The notes below the pieces were generated by a model. It saw only the letters and a program-made list of their open reading frames with translations. It made no database searches and was not told the origin of the DNA. A stretch of DNA of 64,000 nucleotides, taken from Neoechinorhynchus agilis (Eukaryota; Animalia; Acanthocephala). Below are positions 40,804-56,433 of this stretch, one piece after another. Each line of letters starts with the position of its first letter. The first letter of the stretch is position 1. The stretch covers positions 5,116,389 through 5,180,388 of the forward strand of contig CM121343.1 of assembly GCA_051530055.1 (NCBI GenBank). The letters run 5' to 3'. Position numbers and translations under genes: made by a program.

Positions 40804-43800
40804 GCGTCAAGCCTAGATCTCAGTTCACCTGGAAGATTTTGGCGTTTTACTCGCGACAGAAATAGCAATCCCAGCCTTTGGCTCCTCCGTGCCCCGAACA
40901 AACACGACCTATCAAATGGAGCAAAGAAATCGAACTTCCTTACCTTGCGAATACATTAATTCAAAAACGTTGGTCAGGCCTTTGGTTTGATAAGGAATTC
41001 TGATATTTTTCTGACGTGCTTAGAACATGTAGATATTTAAAGAGTAATTGACGATAGCTTTGGAATTCAATTAGGTGTTTTTTAAGCCGGTTAGTTAACA
41101 TACTTAAGCGAAGAACCAAAACTAAATTATTTTCAAGAAGATTCTATGGTGAAGTTAATGGATTTCAAATTTCCCCTTAGCATGTTTTACACCCAAATGG
41201 CTTATTCGCTTTGATTTGATTTATTATGGGCGGTAATAAACAGATTCGCTTTAACATTTTAAGCGTACTCTGCGAAATTGGAATGACTAAAGAACCGAGT
41301 ATTTCCAGAAAATTAGACTAAAAAGGAGGTAATTACTTAATTTTTCAATCAATGAAGTAAAGATCAATGCTGAAAGCATAATAAAGAATATTCGTTAGTG
41401 AAAATACATCAAAGCGATTAGAACTCTTTTTAAAACACTTTCTCAATAATGGCGATAGAAAATAATAGCAAAATACTAATTTCACATGGACAAAAGGAGT
41501 TAAGAGTGCAATAAGATAATACTGAAGATTCACATACCCTAAATGAATATCTACACAATGGTGTAAGAATCGGCTCCGTCTAAATTGAAGCGAGTTTCCA
41601 TATCCTTATTGGTATCGTTCTTTCTTCAATTCTTTGATTTTTTGCATACTTAAATACTATATCGACCACACTTAAAAAGTGAAGTTAGGTTAATAATAAA
41701 TGAATATACCAAAATATTATTGTTTAGCACAAAAATTATAATAATAACTTAAGCTGATGGTGCGAAGCAACAGTCCAGAACGCTTGGATATCTTGAAAAA
41801 TCGTGTCGAGGGGAGCTCGGCCTTCCACTAGAACTGCCGTCCGTCTCATGTACTCCGCCAGATACGATTTTAGATGATGACGGATTGTTCCTCAATCGGA
41901 AATAATTGTTGACCCTGGCTCAACGCTAAACCGAATTTGTTAGAGTAGGGTTTCTGCAGTTCGGTTGGAGAATTCCACTAAAAATCTTGAACCGGTCTCC
42001 CTACACAACCCTCCAAACAACCACTGTTGAAACAACATCTTTCCTGAGTTATTCTTCGTTTGAAGATCGATTAGAGAATTCCGCTACCTCCAAAAACCAA
42101 CTGTTAATGCAACATCCTTCCTGAGTTATTCTTCCTTTTGGAGAACAAGGTCTCATCTACTTCAACTACTTTGCCGACTCCTCCGATTTTCCACAGCTTT
42201 TTTATTTTATTTATATCCGTTGTCCTACAAAATGAGTCCCATCTTGCTTGGTCGATGCATGGCATGAAAAACTAGCAATAAAATAACAAAAGTTTACATA
42301 ACAAAAGATTAGTTAATGAACTAACCGGCACACTTTTTAGGATCATTAAGGGTATCGGTCCCCATTAAATTACCCTTTACCAACAATTTTAGTGGCCCAA
42401 TAACAAAAATTAAGGAACACGCACACCGTAGCGCGGCGGAGACAAAAAATTAAATAACGAAAATAATAACGAAGTTCAATCTCAAGCACCTGAACAAATT
42501 GCTAGTTTCTTAATGCCCGACATATTGCGGCTTGGTCTGCTCGCTGCATTTCCTTCAACATTTTGCAAATCTGGCTCTGCTGACAAGCATCGAGCTCTGA
42601 GGAGATTGGTACAAGGGAAATCCATATTTTTAGTATTTAAATTTTCCACAGGAAGGATCGCATACATTTCCTTGTAATTCAAAAAGACCAACTGGAAATT
42701 ATTGTGTAATTGAGTCCTTATTTTAGACCAGTAAACAGGTTAGTTTTTTCTATTAAGGGAAAGGAGTAGTACGGATATCTACTCTGACTCGAGACTTCCT
42801 TTCTCTTCCTACAACTAACATCTATATTTAGATATTTGGCTAATGTATACAAATTCATGGATCCTTAAAAAAACTTGGAGCACCCGTAAACGGACTGAGA
42901 AGGATACATTACAGGAAAGTCTCAAAGATGCAGTGCAGAGAGATCAGCAAGGTCACTAGTGTGATGAAGAGAAGATCAAGGAAGAGGTGGCCGATGAGGA
43001 GGACCACGAGATAAGGAAGTCCGAAGAGCGACCATTAACGTTGGATCAATCAAAATCTCAAGCAGAAGTCTAGGAGAAGCGAAAGATTAAAGAACACGTA
43101 AATGGGAGATGTTACACTCAAAGAACCGTTTGACGCTTAAACGTTCAACGTCCTCGTACGTTCATTGTAGTGAATGGAATGGAGCGAGTTGGACAGTGTG
43201 CGGTTCTTTCCTAAAATAGTGGTATGTTTATGGGTGTAGCAAGCGCGAAATTTTCTATAATCTCAGTAACACCCAGAAGATTTTCAACTGGTAGTAATCG
43301 ACAATGGATCGCGAAAGAGAACCTTATAAGAAATGATCACTTCGTAGGTCAAGACAGCGATAAATTCGCGTCAAAGGCTAAGGAGGGATGTTTGGGAGAT
43401 GATTGTGGAAAAGGAGACAGCAGACTTGTATGCATTGCTCCGCTGATTTTCTGTCCATGAAAAACACTCTCCTAACAATTTTCACAAAGCACAGCAAACG
43501 CCTGATGTCGAATGCGCCGCAATTCGCTCTCCATATTACCCCATTCAACCACCCTCATAGAACGCGCAAGCCATCCTCCTTCAAACCGCATCTCTTCAAA
43601 GTAAGCTCAAAGGATACAACCTTTTCTTGAGCCCTGATAAGTGTCCTGCTGCTCAGTCATTTTTAAATAGTAACTGAATCGGAGGAAAGAGCACAACCAA
43701 CGATACTTCGACAACCAAAGATACACGGGGCGGAACTCGCCGTCGCATTGTCTGCGATAACGCCATTCCTTCCCCTTTCAACCGTCCGGGACATAAGTGG

Positions 43801-45299
43801 TACCGCGGGGAAAGATATTTCTACCTGGTCTTTGAACACAAACCTATGCTGTGGCACTCTCAGTCGTGCTTTGAACATGGTGTGGCCCCCTAAAACCTTG
43901 ACGAAAGGACCGTTCAGTTTTCCATATCTAAACCACGTTGCTTCCAGTGCAAATTGAATCTTGTCAACGATTTTTGTCCATGGACTTCCTCAACGCATAC
44001 GTACACATCAAGGACGATGCTGGAAAAGTTTCAGACATGACGTCCAGTTCTCGTCCGGATTCACCTAAGTGCAGGCGCGCTTCTATGGACAATCCGGACA
44101 TCTATTCCCGAAACAAAGATCCATTTGTTCTCTCCCGAGGGTGCATGAGGACCCAAAGGTACATGGGTCCTCTTCATTGTGACTTCTTCTAACAAAACGT
44201 GTTATTATTATTTAGCTAGGGAGAGATTGTGAACTCAGTGAAGAAGGTTAAAGACGAGGACATGAGGACTCTGGTAAAGATGAGCATCTTAGGGGAGCTC
44301 GGAGGAGGGAAGGTGCTACAAAACGCAGGAGCATAGGACTCAAACTTGAACTTAAAACTAATAAGGGCTGTTTTCAATAAAGGTACTGTAGTAAATCCCA
44401 TTTAGAATGCAATAACTTTGTTCAGCAACATACTGCTCAGAATGTTTCCCGAGATGAGTGAGAAGTTTACTAGGAAATATGGTGTTAGAAAGATTGATAG
44501 GCCGAAGATTGAGTAGAGAAACAGCGCAAGAAACATTGGTTTAATCTAAAAACAGCTCGAATTCCCCATAATCTCAGTAATACCCAGAGACCGAAAAGAG
44601 ATCCGCTTCATAATGTTATGAGAAAGGATCACGTCACAGTTCCGGACATTATTTTGTTTCATTTGTCAGCTGATTTTCTCGACCGGATGTATATGTATTA
44701 CTATTGATGTGCATTAGCAATTTCGGCGGTCGGAGGAACTTTGTTTTTACATCAGAGAAGTGATGTTACCACTTTAACTCGGATGAAACGTTAAGAGTTC
44801 GTACATCTCTCCGGATCCTCAGATACCTCCCGGAGGCGGGACTCATCAGTGAGTTTCCTCCCTTCAGCGGTATTTCGCCAGCAATATTGACAAAAGATTT
44901 TCCCAAGGTAAAGAGCAATAATTTTACAATTAAAAAGTTATCATCATTAGTTTCATATAATAATACCGCGAGCGCTTCCATAACATCAGGAGTATCCAGA
45001 AGATTTTCAACTTGCAGTAATCGATAAGGGACCAGAGAAGAAATCAGCCTTAAATGGTTATAAAAAATGATAACGTTGTAGGTCAAGACAAGCGACAAAT
45101 GCAGGCAATATTGACAACTGATTTTACCAAGGATAAAGAGCTATAATTTTACAATGGAAAAGTTTGAAAGGCCGATGATTGAATAGGGAAGCCGCGCAAA
45201 ACATTAGTTTACTAGAAAAACAGCGCGAAATCTCTTATTATCTAAGGAATGTATTTCTAAGTTTTACTATCAAGAACTAGGAGTTAATTCTCCAGTATT

Positions 45300-47850
45300 T
45301 TTGACAAAGAATTTCTACCAGAAATATTTGGTTAGGGATAAAAAGGAGGAAAATAAAACATACAACATAAAGAAGTTTTTTTCAACAAAAATGGCAGTGC
45401 TATTTACTTTCTTTGACGCTAGTGGTAAGGAATTGTTCATCTCTATGTTAAAAGATATAAAAATGAAATATATAGTAGCTTTCTAATGTACAATCCCCCA
45501 TTAGAACTAAGTGGAGAAGATTTTAGGGATATTTTCAACAAAACTGGGATACAGCCCATTAAATATTTACAGAGAAACAACTCTAATTACCCCTATGCCT
45601 TGATATGTTCAGCAGCACTAGATGTTGCAGAAAGAGTATGTGGGTCGGGATGTGCATTAAGATCGCATTGGATGACCTTTTCCCAACTTAAAAGTACCAT
45701 TCATGATTATTCGTTAAATGCCAGAGGTGCTGTACTTGGGGGCATTATGCCTCCAACTGCAGCCGGGCTCCTAGGTGCCTTTTATGTGCAGGGGCACACA
45801 TGAAAAATGAATGTACCAATACATCCCAAATAAAGTGCACAAATTGTGCTGAAAACCATCCCGCCTTTGCTAGAAGCTGCAAAAAAAGCAAAAGAATATT
45901 TTGAAAATTCTTTAAACAGTAATACCTTCCCCGCCGTAAGGCCCATGGCTCATAAAAGTTTATTATCGCATAATAATAGTGGCTGGAGCAGAGATAGCCG
46001 CAATTTCCCACATCCATTGGATAGAAGGATAACAGAGATAAATTCTCCATTACTGAGAAATCTGTGTCCAGTCTTGATTCGAAGGGATTTGACTCCCCCA
46101 TAACACCTGAACACAGAATGAGATTAACCTTCTTAGGCAAATTCTAAACTGGATATTACAGCATCTGGGCAACACACTGCCCCCTATACATTCTGTGGTC
46201 TCACCTGACCCGTCAACACCGGACCTGGTGAAGATTCTAAAAGATCTAACCCTTTATACACCTGACAGTAGCAAACGGGCCTACTCGCCTGACTCTGAAG
46301 TTAATATAGCTCCATCGGGACCACGATTGGATATTACGGAAAGCAAAAAAGTTAGGCTCTCGGACTCCCCCGATAATGGATCAAGAGCTTGACTTTTTAT
46401 TTTCTACCTATAATGCTTCTAGAGCATTCAATTTACCTACACACCTAAAACAGTGGACATATTATGCTTTCAAGAGTCAGGCCCTCTTCTCCTCTTTAAT
46501 CACTCAGCATATGATTCATTTATAATCTCACCCTCCGCACCATTAACAAATAACTATATAGGTTTCTCTGGAGGGCTTCAATGCTTTATAAATAGAAATT
46601 TGGCGCCTAAACTCTTATTAGCTGTTAAAACTGACATATTTTCAACTCGGATAATCTCCTTTAATAATCCTTTACGTTCAAAATGCCTTAAACTACCCTC
46701 TTTTCTGATTCTGTTTATATAAGGTACTGATGTTCTTAAAAATTCCTCAAAATTTAATATATAAAATTCAATATTTGATTGAATCAAAAGACTTTTATTA
46801 TGAAATTGATCCAAATAACACAATCTTCCACACTCGTTTCGGTGTTCCCCAAGGATCACCAATTTCACCAACCCTTTTTTTAGCCGTGATGATTTATGTT
46901 TTTAGACAAATTAAAGGCTTTCATAACATATTTCCATTAATCTACGCGGACGACATTTTCCTATTTGGAAAAGCTAGAAATCGATCTGGCTTACTGTCAT
47001 ATATTAGGAATTATCTTAAAATTTTATCTTTGTTATTAAAGAAAGCCAATCTTATAATCAATATGAATAAAACTTTTATTATCCCCCTCACTAAAACTAG
47101 CTCTTCAAGAAAATCATTAATGAATTTACTTAAAAACACAAATGATTTTTCTCACTCTAATATTGTTAAACATTCACGAATTTTAGGCGTTGATTTCCGG
47201 TCTAAAAATCATCGTTTCTTTATTAATACAAATCTTAAAACTACTTTTAGTAAAATTAAGTGTTTACTTAAACGCACTCGTCGTTTGGCTTTTAATCCGA
47301 TTTTTATATACCGGGCATTGAAAACTATCACAGGAGGATCAATATGTTTTTTGCACGAGGACGTCCGCCTGAAAATAGATTCATCTTCTTCAAATATTTT
47401 ATCACTAAAAAACTTATTTTACTCCTTAGGAGTTGACTTTGATCCTCTAGTCTCGTTCTTACATAAATTATTCCTGACTAAAATTTGGTTTTTTACTCCA
47501 GGTGTAAATTACTGTAAATTTATAAGAGCAGACAATAACATTTTTGGGTACCCAGCAAATATACTTCAACAATCAATGGACACTTCGAATATCAAAAATC
47601 ATATAAATATTCTTTCAACGAATGAGCAATTTTTATTTAATATTTTAATGGAATCGATATCTGATTTGGATTCGAGATTGATTACTAACATGTTTTAGTT
47701 TTAACTGTAAGTATTCTCAAAATGGATTCAACAGGAGAAGGAGGTTAAGTATGAGGGAGTTGATCACTCCGACGCTCAACTTAACTTCCTCTTCACTGAT
47801 CAACTACAATACAAGAACTGGATAGAGAGGATTAACTGTGTGTTTGCGTT
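45300..47850 (+). mobile_element. Degenerate APE-type non-LTR retrotransposon (gag-like ORF1 with three Zn knuckles; APE start; RT), internally deleted
   Basis: About 45715-45890 encodes KCQRCCTWGHYASNCSRAPRCLLCAGAHMKNECTNTSQIKCTNCAENHPAFARSC; 46453 encodes DILCFQES..GGLQCFINRNL (APE); 46730-47698 encodes GVPQGSPISPTLF, YADD, LIINMNKT, RILGV. Confidence 0.88.
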
Positions 47851-47896
47851 TGATTGTTTATATGTGGCTATGATATTTAATTTTGAACTCATGATA

Positions 47897-48855
47897 GGGG
47901 CCCAGTGGCCGTGTGGTGGTGGTGTGCGCGTTCATAATGCGCTCGGAATAAAATGAAACATTTTTGGTGGATCGTTGCACATTCGGCGTATATGTAAAAA
48001 AAACAACTAAAAACTTGCCCACGCAGACCGGCAATCGGTTCGGACTATAACTGGGTTCGTTCATGCGCGCTAATGTAGTTGGGAACAAAAACTGCGCTCT
48101 AGCGAAACCGACGCCAGATCCAAGGGATATTCGAGGGAGGATTTTGACAAAGAACAATAAGGTTAGTTTGTAAGTTTGATGCTTTGATCCTCGAATAGGA
48201 CTTGCTTACAATATTTCATTCGCTTCGTTACTTGTTTAACTATAAGTTTTTCTCGGAATGCAGCTGGGTTGTAGCTTCTATCGCATTAATATCATTGGAG
48301 CTTCCTGTTTATTCGCATCGTCGATAGTAATTTTATTCAGAGATCTGGAACGAGCGAAGGGAAAGCTTTATTGCTAACCTATAACCCGATGGTTTAAGAG
48401 AAACTACATTGCGTCCAGGTTTTATGAGCGAAGTGTTCATTGTTCAGAGTAAAAAATAAAACCCTGACGGAGTATTGAGCTACGATGCAAATAAATACAA
48501 ATGTATTCTTCTAAAACAATCGTATCAATTCTATCATTTAATGAAGATTAACTAAAAAATCTTTTAAGGTTTCAACGACCATTGTACAGGGAATTATCTA
48601 TCAGTAGCTGCAATCTCAAAAACGGCAACTTTTCACCATGCAATCAGCGAAGTAACTCCTTGCGAGTATAAATCCTGAGTTACGCGATTGCATAGTCGAA
48701 CAACGGAATAAAATGAAAGATTTTTGATGGATCGATAATTTCGTCACGTTGCACATTCGGCGTAAATGTAAAAAAACACAACGGGAGGATTTTGACAAAG
48801 AACAACAAAGTTAGTTTGTATGTGAGTTTGATGCTTTGATCCTCGAATAGGTCTT
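47897..48855 (+). repeat. tRNA-like SINE head (47897-47945) fused to a repeat present twice (about 47945-48205 and 48703-48855)
   Basis: ggaataaaatgaaa...ttgcacattcggcgta...gggaggattttgacaaagaacaa...tttgatgctttgatcctcgaatagg occurs in both copies; the second lacks about 130 bp. Confidence 0.75.
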
Positions 48856-49427
48856 GAAAATTGCATATCTTTAAGCATGATGGTGACTCTTCGAACAGGC
48901 TAACCAAAAAAGCCTCGGTTGCCCCTGGCTGTTCAATACCTTTTTCCGCCTAGCTAGCCAAAAACTTTCACCTCTCACCTCCTACCGAAATGATCCGTCT
49001 TACACTTTATTGAATGTTAACAACGTCCTTAATACATTAACCAATATCTTTCTATTTCGTACGGTCAGATTTTTCTCTCGTCCAAATGATAGTCGATCTC
49101 TTCGTTTTCTGGGACGATAACCTTTTCTCTCGAAACGTTCTGGAGATGCACTTCTTACTAAAATTTCGTCCAGTCATTACTGGGCAGCTCGATGTAGGCA
49201 AAAGACACAACAACGAGCAAATCTGCTTGCTAACTTGAAGCCCTTTTTTTCTCAGCGTTTGAAATCGGCTGCATTGATTTTCCAAAATGTTCGGTAAGAG
49301 CCGACCCCGCCATTGTGCGGGACAAAGGCTGAAGAAAAGGTTAGAACGTATACAGCAAACAAAGTTTGAACATCGCAAAGTTAAGATGCTATTAAAACAC
49401 CCAGCTCACAAAATAACGTTGATTTAT

Positions 49428-52677
<3,250 letters not shown>

Positions 52678-53469
52678 ATTGATCGCTGATTGTTTAGAGC
52701 ATGCCATTGTATATATCTGCGAAAACTTGGATTATGTAGAGACGGCCATGGATTTTGGTGTGCGTGCCTTGACACTGTAAAGTACTGCCGACTGCACACT
52801 GGAGCCAACAACGAAGTAGTTGGAGCCGGAGTGGTATTTTTCACTGTAGATGAAAAATTCAAACGCTTCTAGAAGCCTACTTAGTAAAAATGACACAAGG
52901 AAGTAGTAGACTACGATCACAATGGCATCGCATGCGTGTGTAACTCTAATAAGCGGCGTTCCAGGAATATCCCGCTAGAGAGATCCGCACATGATGGTAA
53001 TTCAAATTTAGAACTGTTGCGTATATACAATGTGAAAAGATCTCTCACACAAGACATATCACTGTGGTGCCTTGCTGATCGAATGTGCATGTCGTCTACT
53101 TTGGTGAAGAATATAAGTAGATTTAGAAAGCCGCCGTCTATCCACATACGATTTCTTTTCGGATTACAATGGACATACATTTCAAGCTTCACCGATCTGG
53201 TCCATTTTGATTAACGATCAGTTCATGGAACCACACGTCGCTTCCATCACTATTGATAACCCTATTAATGTGCTACATCAATTTTTTTCTAGTGCAATTC
53301 GATACAAAACCCGTGCTTCTGATTTTTCTCCAAGGATCGATTCATCCAAACCACCAAATCACTTTCCAACATTTTTATTTATGTTGTTGTTGGTGTTTGT
53401 ATGCACTTTACAAACACAGCGTTATGTAGAAAAACAAGTATCTATACAAATCGTTTATCCAATAAGTTC

Positions 53470-55092
53470 TTAAGTTGATATGCATTTAAAGACTGAACAT
53501 TGATTCGGTGATGACCAAGATCTTTTAGCCAATAAATGAGCTTGGTTTTTACGTTCAACATTGATTATGCACGGATCTGCTAGAAATGGTTCACCGTCGA
53601 ATTCCAGAGCCATCGACTTTTTTAAAGTCAATCTTATAGTCTTACCTTGAGCAAGTCTTCTACCCTGTATACCCATCTTCATGTTTGCAAGCTCATAGTG
53701 TCGAAAGCCGATAATTTCAAGGTATCCATCGTCGCAGCGTTGAAGCTTGAATGATGGTCGCTTTGATTCAAATGAAGCATTAAGGCTCATCGCTCCAGCA
53801 CGATCGGAATTCATATTAACATTACTCTCGGATTTTTCACTCTCTAATATAGCACTCAAATTATTATTACTATTTTTATTGCTATCATAGTCGACCGTTG
53901 GAATACTCATATTTTTGCATACTCTGCATTTCCCACGCCACGGTTTCATTCCAGCGGCGTATGTTTTTATGTTCAAAAATAAAAGTCCATCGACATTTTT
54001 AATAATTTCAGTGGGCAAGATAGTACCGTCTACTTGTAACTCTATATCACAACAAATCGAGCCGAACAAGTATTTTTTATCAAGTAATTTCCTCAATGAA
54101 ATTCGGCCATAATGCATAAGGTTCAAAAACCGATTCGTGAACATCTTTGGGTTAGCATTGCGCTCATTGTGAAAATCAAGGGCAACTTCAGCGTCTACTC
54201 CTACGCTGAAATAATTGTAAAATACAGTCGAAGAGACTCCCGAACGAGCTGATAAAGATGATACTGCTTTGAGCTGTTTAATGTTAGCTTCATTTAGATT
54301 AATGTTTGTTTTATCTGCATGACATAATGACTCACATGGATTGACCTGCAAATCCATTTGGTAATCGACCAGGGGCAAGAACTGAGCCATCCATCGATCG
54401 AGACGTATTACACCTGCGCGAGAAACTCTAGTAATGAATTTCTCCGTCTTCTTTATCTTGAATCTAGAACCCCACTTGAGGAATCTGGCCATATCATTGC
54501 CAGTACCAAGTGGCATTACAGCGACGGCTGGTCCGTAAGGTCCGATCCGTTGATCGATTTCATTTAAAACCCAACAGACGCTTCCATCTCCCCCGCATAC
54601 AATGATGCGCATAGATTCATTAGGTTCGTATATTTCAAAAGCCTTGGACGTTCCATCGTCCCTGACAAGGTCGAATACTTTTGGAAATTCATCAGTGGAC
54701 CCTAACAAAGTATCAAGTTTCTTTTTAAGTGCTGCACCAAATCCGCCTGAAGCCGCGCCGCTCTTGTGGTTGACAAACGCAATAATCGTGGTAGGTGATG
54801 AAAATTCCTTTGAGCGTCGATATCGCATCAGAAGTAAGGAATGTAGATTTGCTGGAGTGAGAGCTATATCGACTCCTCCTTTTCCTTGTCCTAAATGAAG
54901 TAGTACTGTAGTGGTGTATCTGCGGTTGGATCTTTTTTCGTGACAGAGGAGAAAAGGACGCGTCGAGCAGTGCTTTGGTTTAGCAGAAGTAACAAAAGGC
55001 TGTAGGAAGTTTATGTAATTCAAAAGGAAAGAGCCAACCCCGATATGGAATACAATCGTTTCATTTTTGATGTCATTGTGCACATCATACAT
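53470..55092 (-). CDS. DGK: Diacylglycerol kinase, zeta/iota-like catalytic and accessory domains
   Basis: FVNHKSG, CGGDGSVCWVL, PLGTGNDMAR, NYFSVGVDA..FHNERNANP, DDGYLEIIG, DGEP. The true start is uncertain. Confidence 0.9.
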   Translation of the reverse strand: MYDVHNDIKNETIVFHIGVGSFLLNYINFLQPFVTSAKPKHCSTRPFLLCHEKRSNRRYTTTVLLHLGQGKGGVDIALTPANLHSLLLMRYRRSKEFSSPTTIIAFVNHKSGAASGGFGAALKKKLDTLLGSTDEFPKVFDLVRDDGTSKAFEIYEPNESMRIIVCGGDGSVCWVLNEIDQRIGPYGPAVAVMPLGTGNDMARFLKWGSRFKIKKTEKFITRVSRAGVIRLDRWMAQFLPLVDYQMDLQVNPCESLCHADKTNINLNEANIKQLKAVSSLSARSGVSSTVFYNYFSVGVDAEVALDFHNERNANPKMFTNRFLNLMHYGRISLRKLLDKKYLFGSICCDIELQVDGTILPTEIIKNVDGLLFLNIKTYAAGMKPWRGKCRVCKNMSIPTVDYDSNKNSNNNLSAILESEKSESNVNMNSDRAGAMSLNASFESKRPSFKLQRCDDGYLEIIGFRHYELANMKMGIQGRRLAQGKTIRLTLKKSMALEFDGEPFLADPCIINVERKNQAHLLAKRSWSSPNQCSVFKCIST

Positions 55093-56433
55093 AGTTATTT
55101 GGTATTCATATATCGACGAGATAGCGAGAGAGCAGACTATAATGAATATGCGAGTATTCGGAGAGGGTGGAAGAGAAAACGCGGATCAGGAGGCAGACCT
55201 TTGTGAGCAATTATCTCGGATATCCACCTCCGCTAAGATGCATTCAGATAATGGTGCCCAAATCTGCATGAATGGTGGGATCCGTGATACGTCTGTCTCT
55301 TAATGCACAATAAACTCCGTGACTTGGTACCCTAATGATTTCGTGTCTCAGACATCCGGATGTTGTCTACACCACCACCAGCACCAGCACCACCACCACG
55401 ACGACGACGACGACGACGAAGTATGGTAATTCAATTATATCTTAGACTAAAACACTGCATTTCGACCTTGACACATGGATACACATCGATGGAACAAGAT
55501 GTATGCTTTCATAAAAAAGTCAATATTTTCGGGTGACGGATTCATATGCTTGATTTATCGCGTTTTCTTCGGATAAAGATCAACTCTACTCCTGTGCAAA
55601 AATAACCTGACCTCAAGTCTGACGTCCTAATGGAACTTGGGTTTTAAGAAGGACTCGAGAATAAACCCGCTAACGTGTGTTTCCCCTCCAAAAAAAGAGC
55701 TTCTATGTTATCACTGTTTTACATACCGACACTTGTTTTTCTTAGATATGCAACAATAAATCCATATAAATACGAGCGATCTTCGTGTATTGATCCTTTG
55801 TGTCATCTCATTATTCATTCCTCACATCAATGATACTCAAATCGAGTTGAATTATTCACCACCGCACATCCATTCCGAATCGCGGAGCAAGGGACGATCT
55901 AGTTAAAAGCATTTCCAATGACGACCTCATCGAATTTGATAGATTGAGTACGAGAGCAGCACAATTATTTCAAATGATGCTGCTCATTCCACATACCGAA
56001 AATAAAAGAAGATCCACTTATGCGCAAAATCATACTTTGCTGTTCGTTAACACCTCTCGCTTCAAATCGTCCCTTTAGGCACAGTCTGCGTGTTTCCTCT
56101 ACGGTCCCATCTCACTTTGGCGGAACGATTTTTTAGCATCGCTGCATCTACAAAGTAGATTACGGCATCAGTGAGGAAGTGGGTGGGAGTTCGCGGCACT
56201 AAAACTCAATTTCATTTGCCACATAGAAACAGGATACACGTCAGCTTAATATTAAGACGACTTAGCTTGATCGTCTTCGTTCAAATTCGCCTTCATAGTG
56301 ACAGCAGCGTACTCAAATAAAATATCAAAAGAAGAAAAAACAACAACAATATCAATTTTAGAATGCAACGCAATTCGAGCTACATCGAGTCGCGTTATTA
56401 AATTTTGTCTTCGAACTAGCAATTGTAAAGGGG

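Noticed and set aside
55370-55420. (CAC/CAG/GAC)n tract, and the GC/GT tracts at about 27770 and 28222
   Set aside because: These are ordinary microsatellites in upstream regions; no specific function can be supported.
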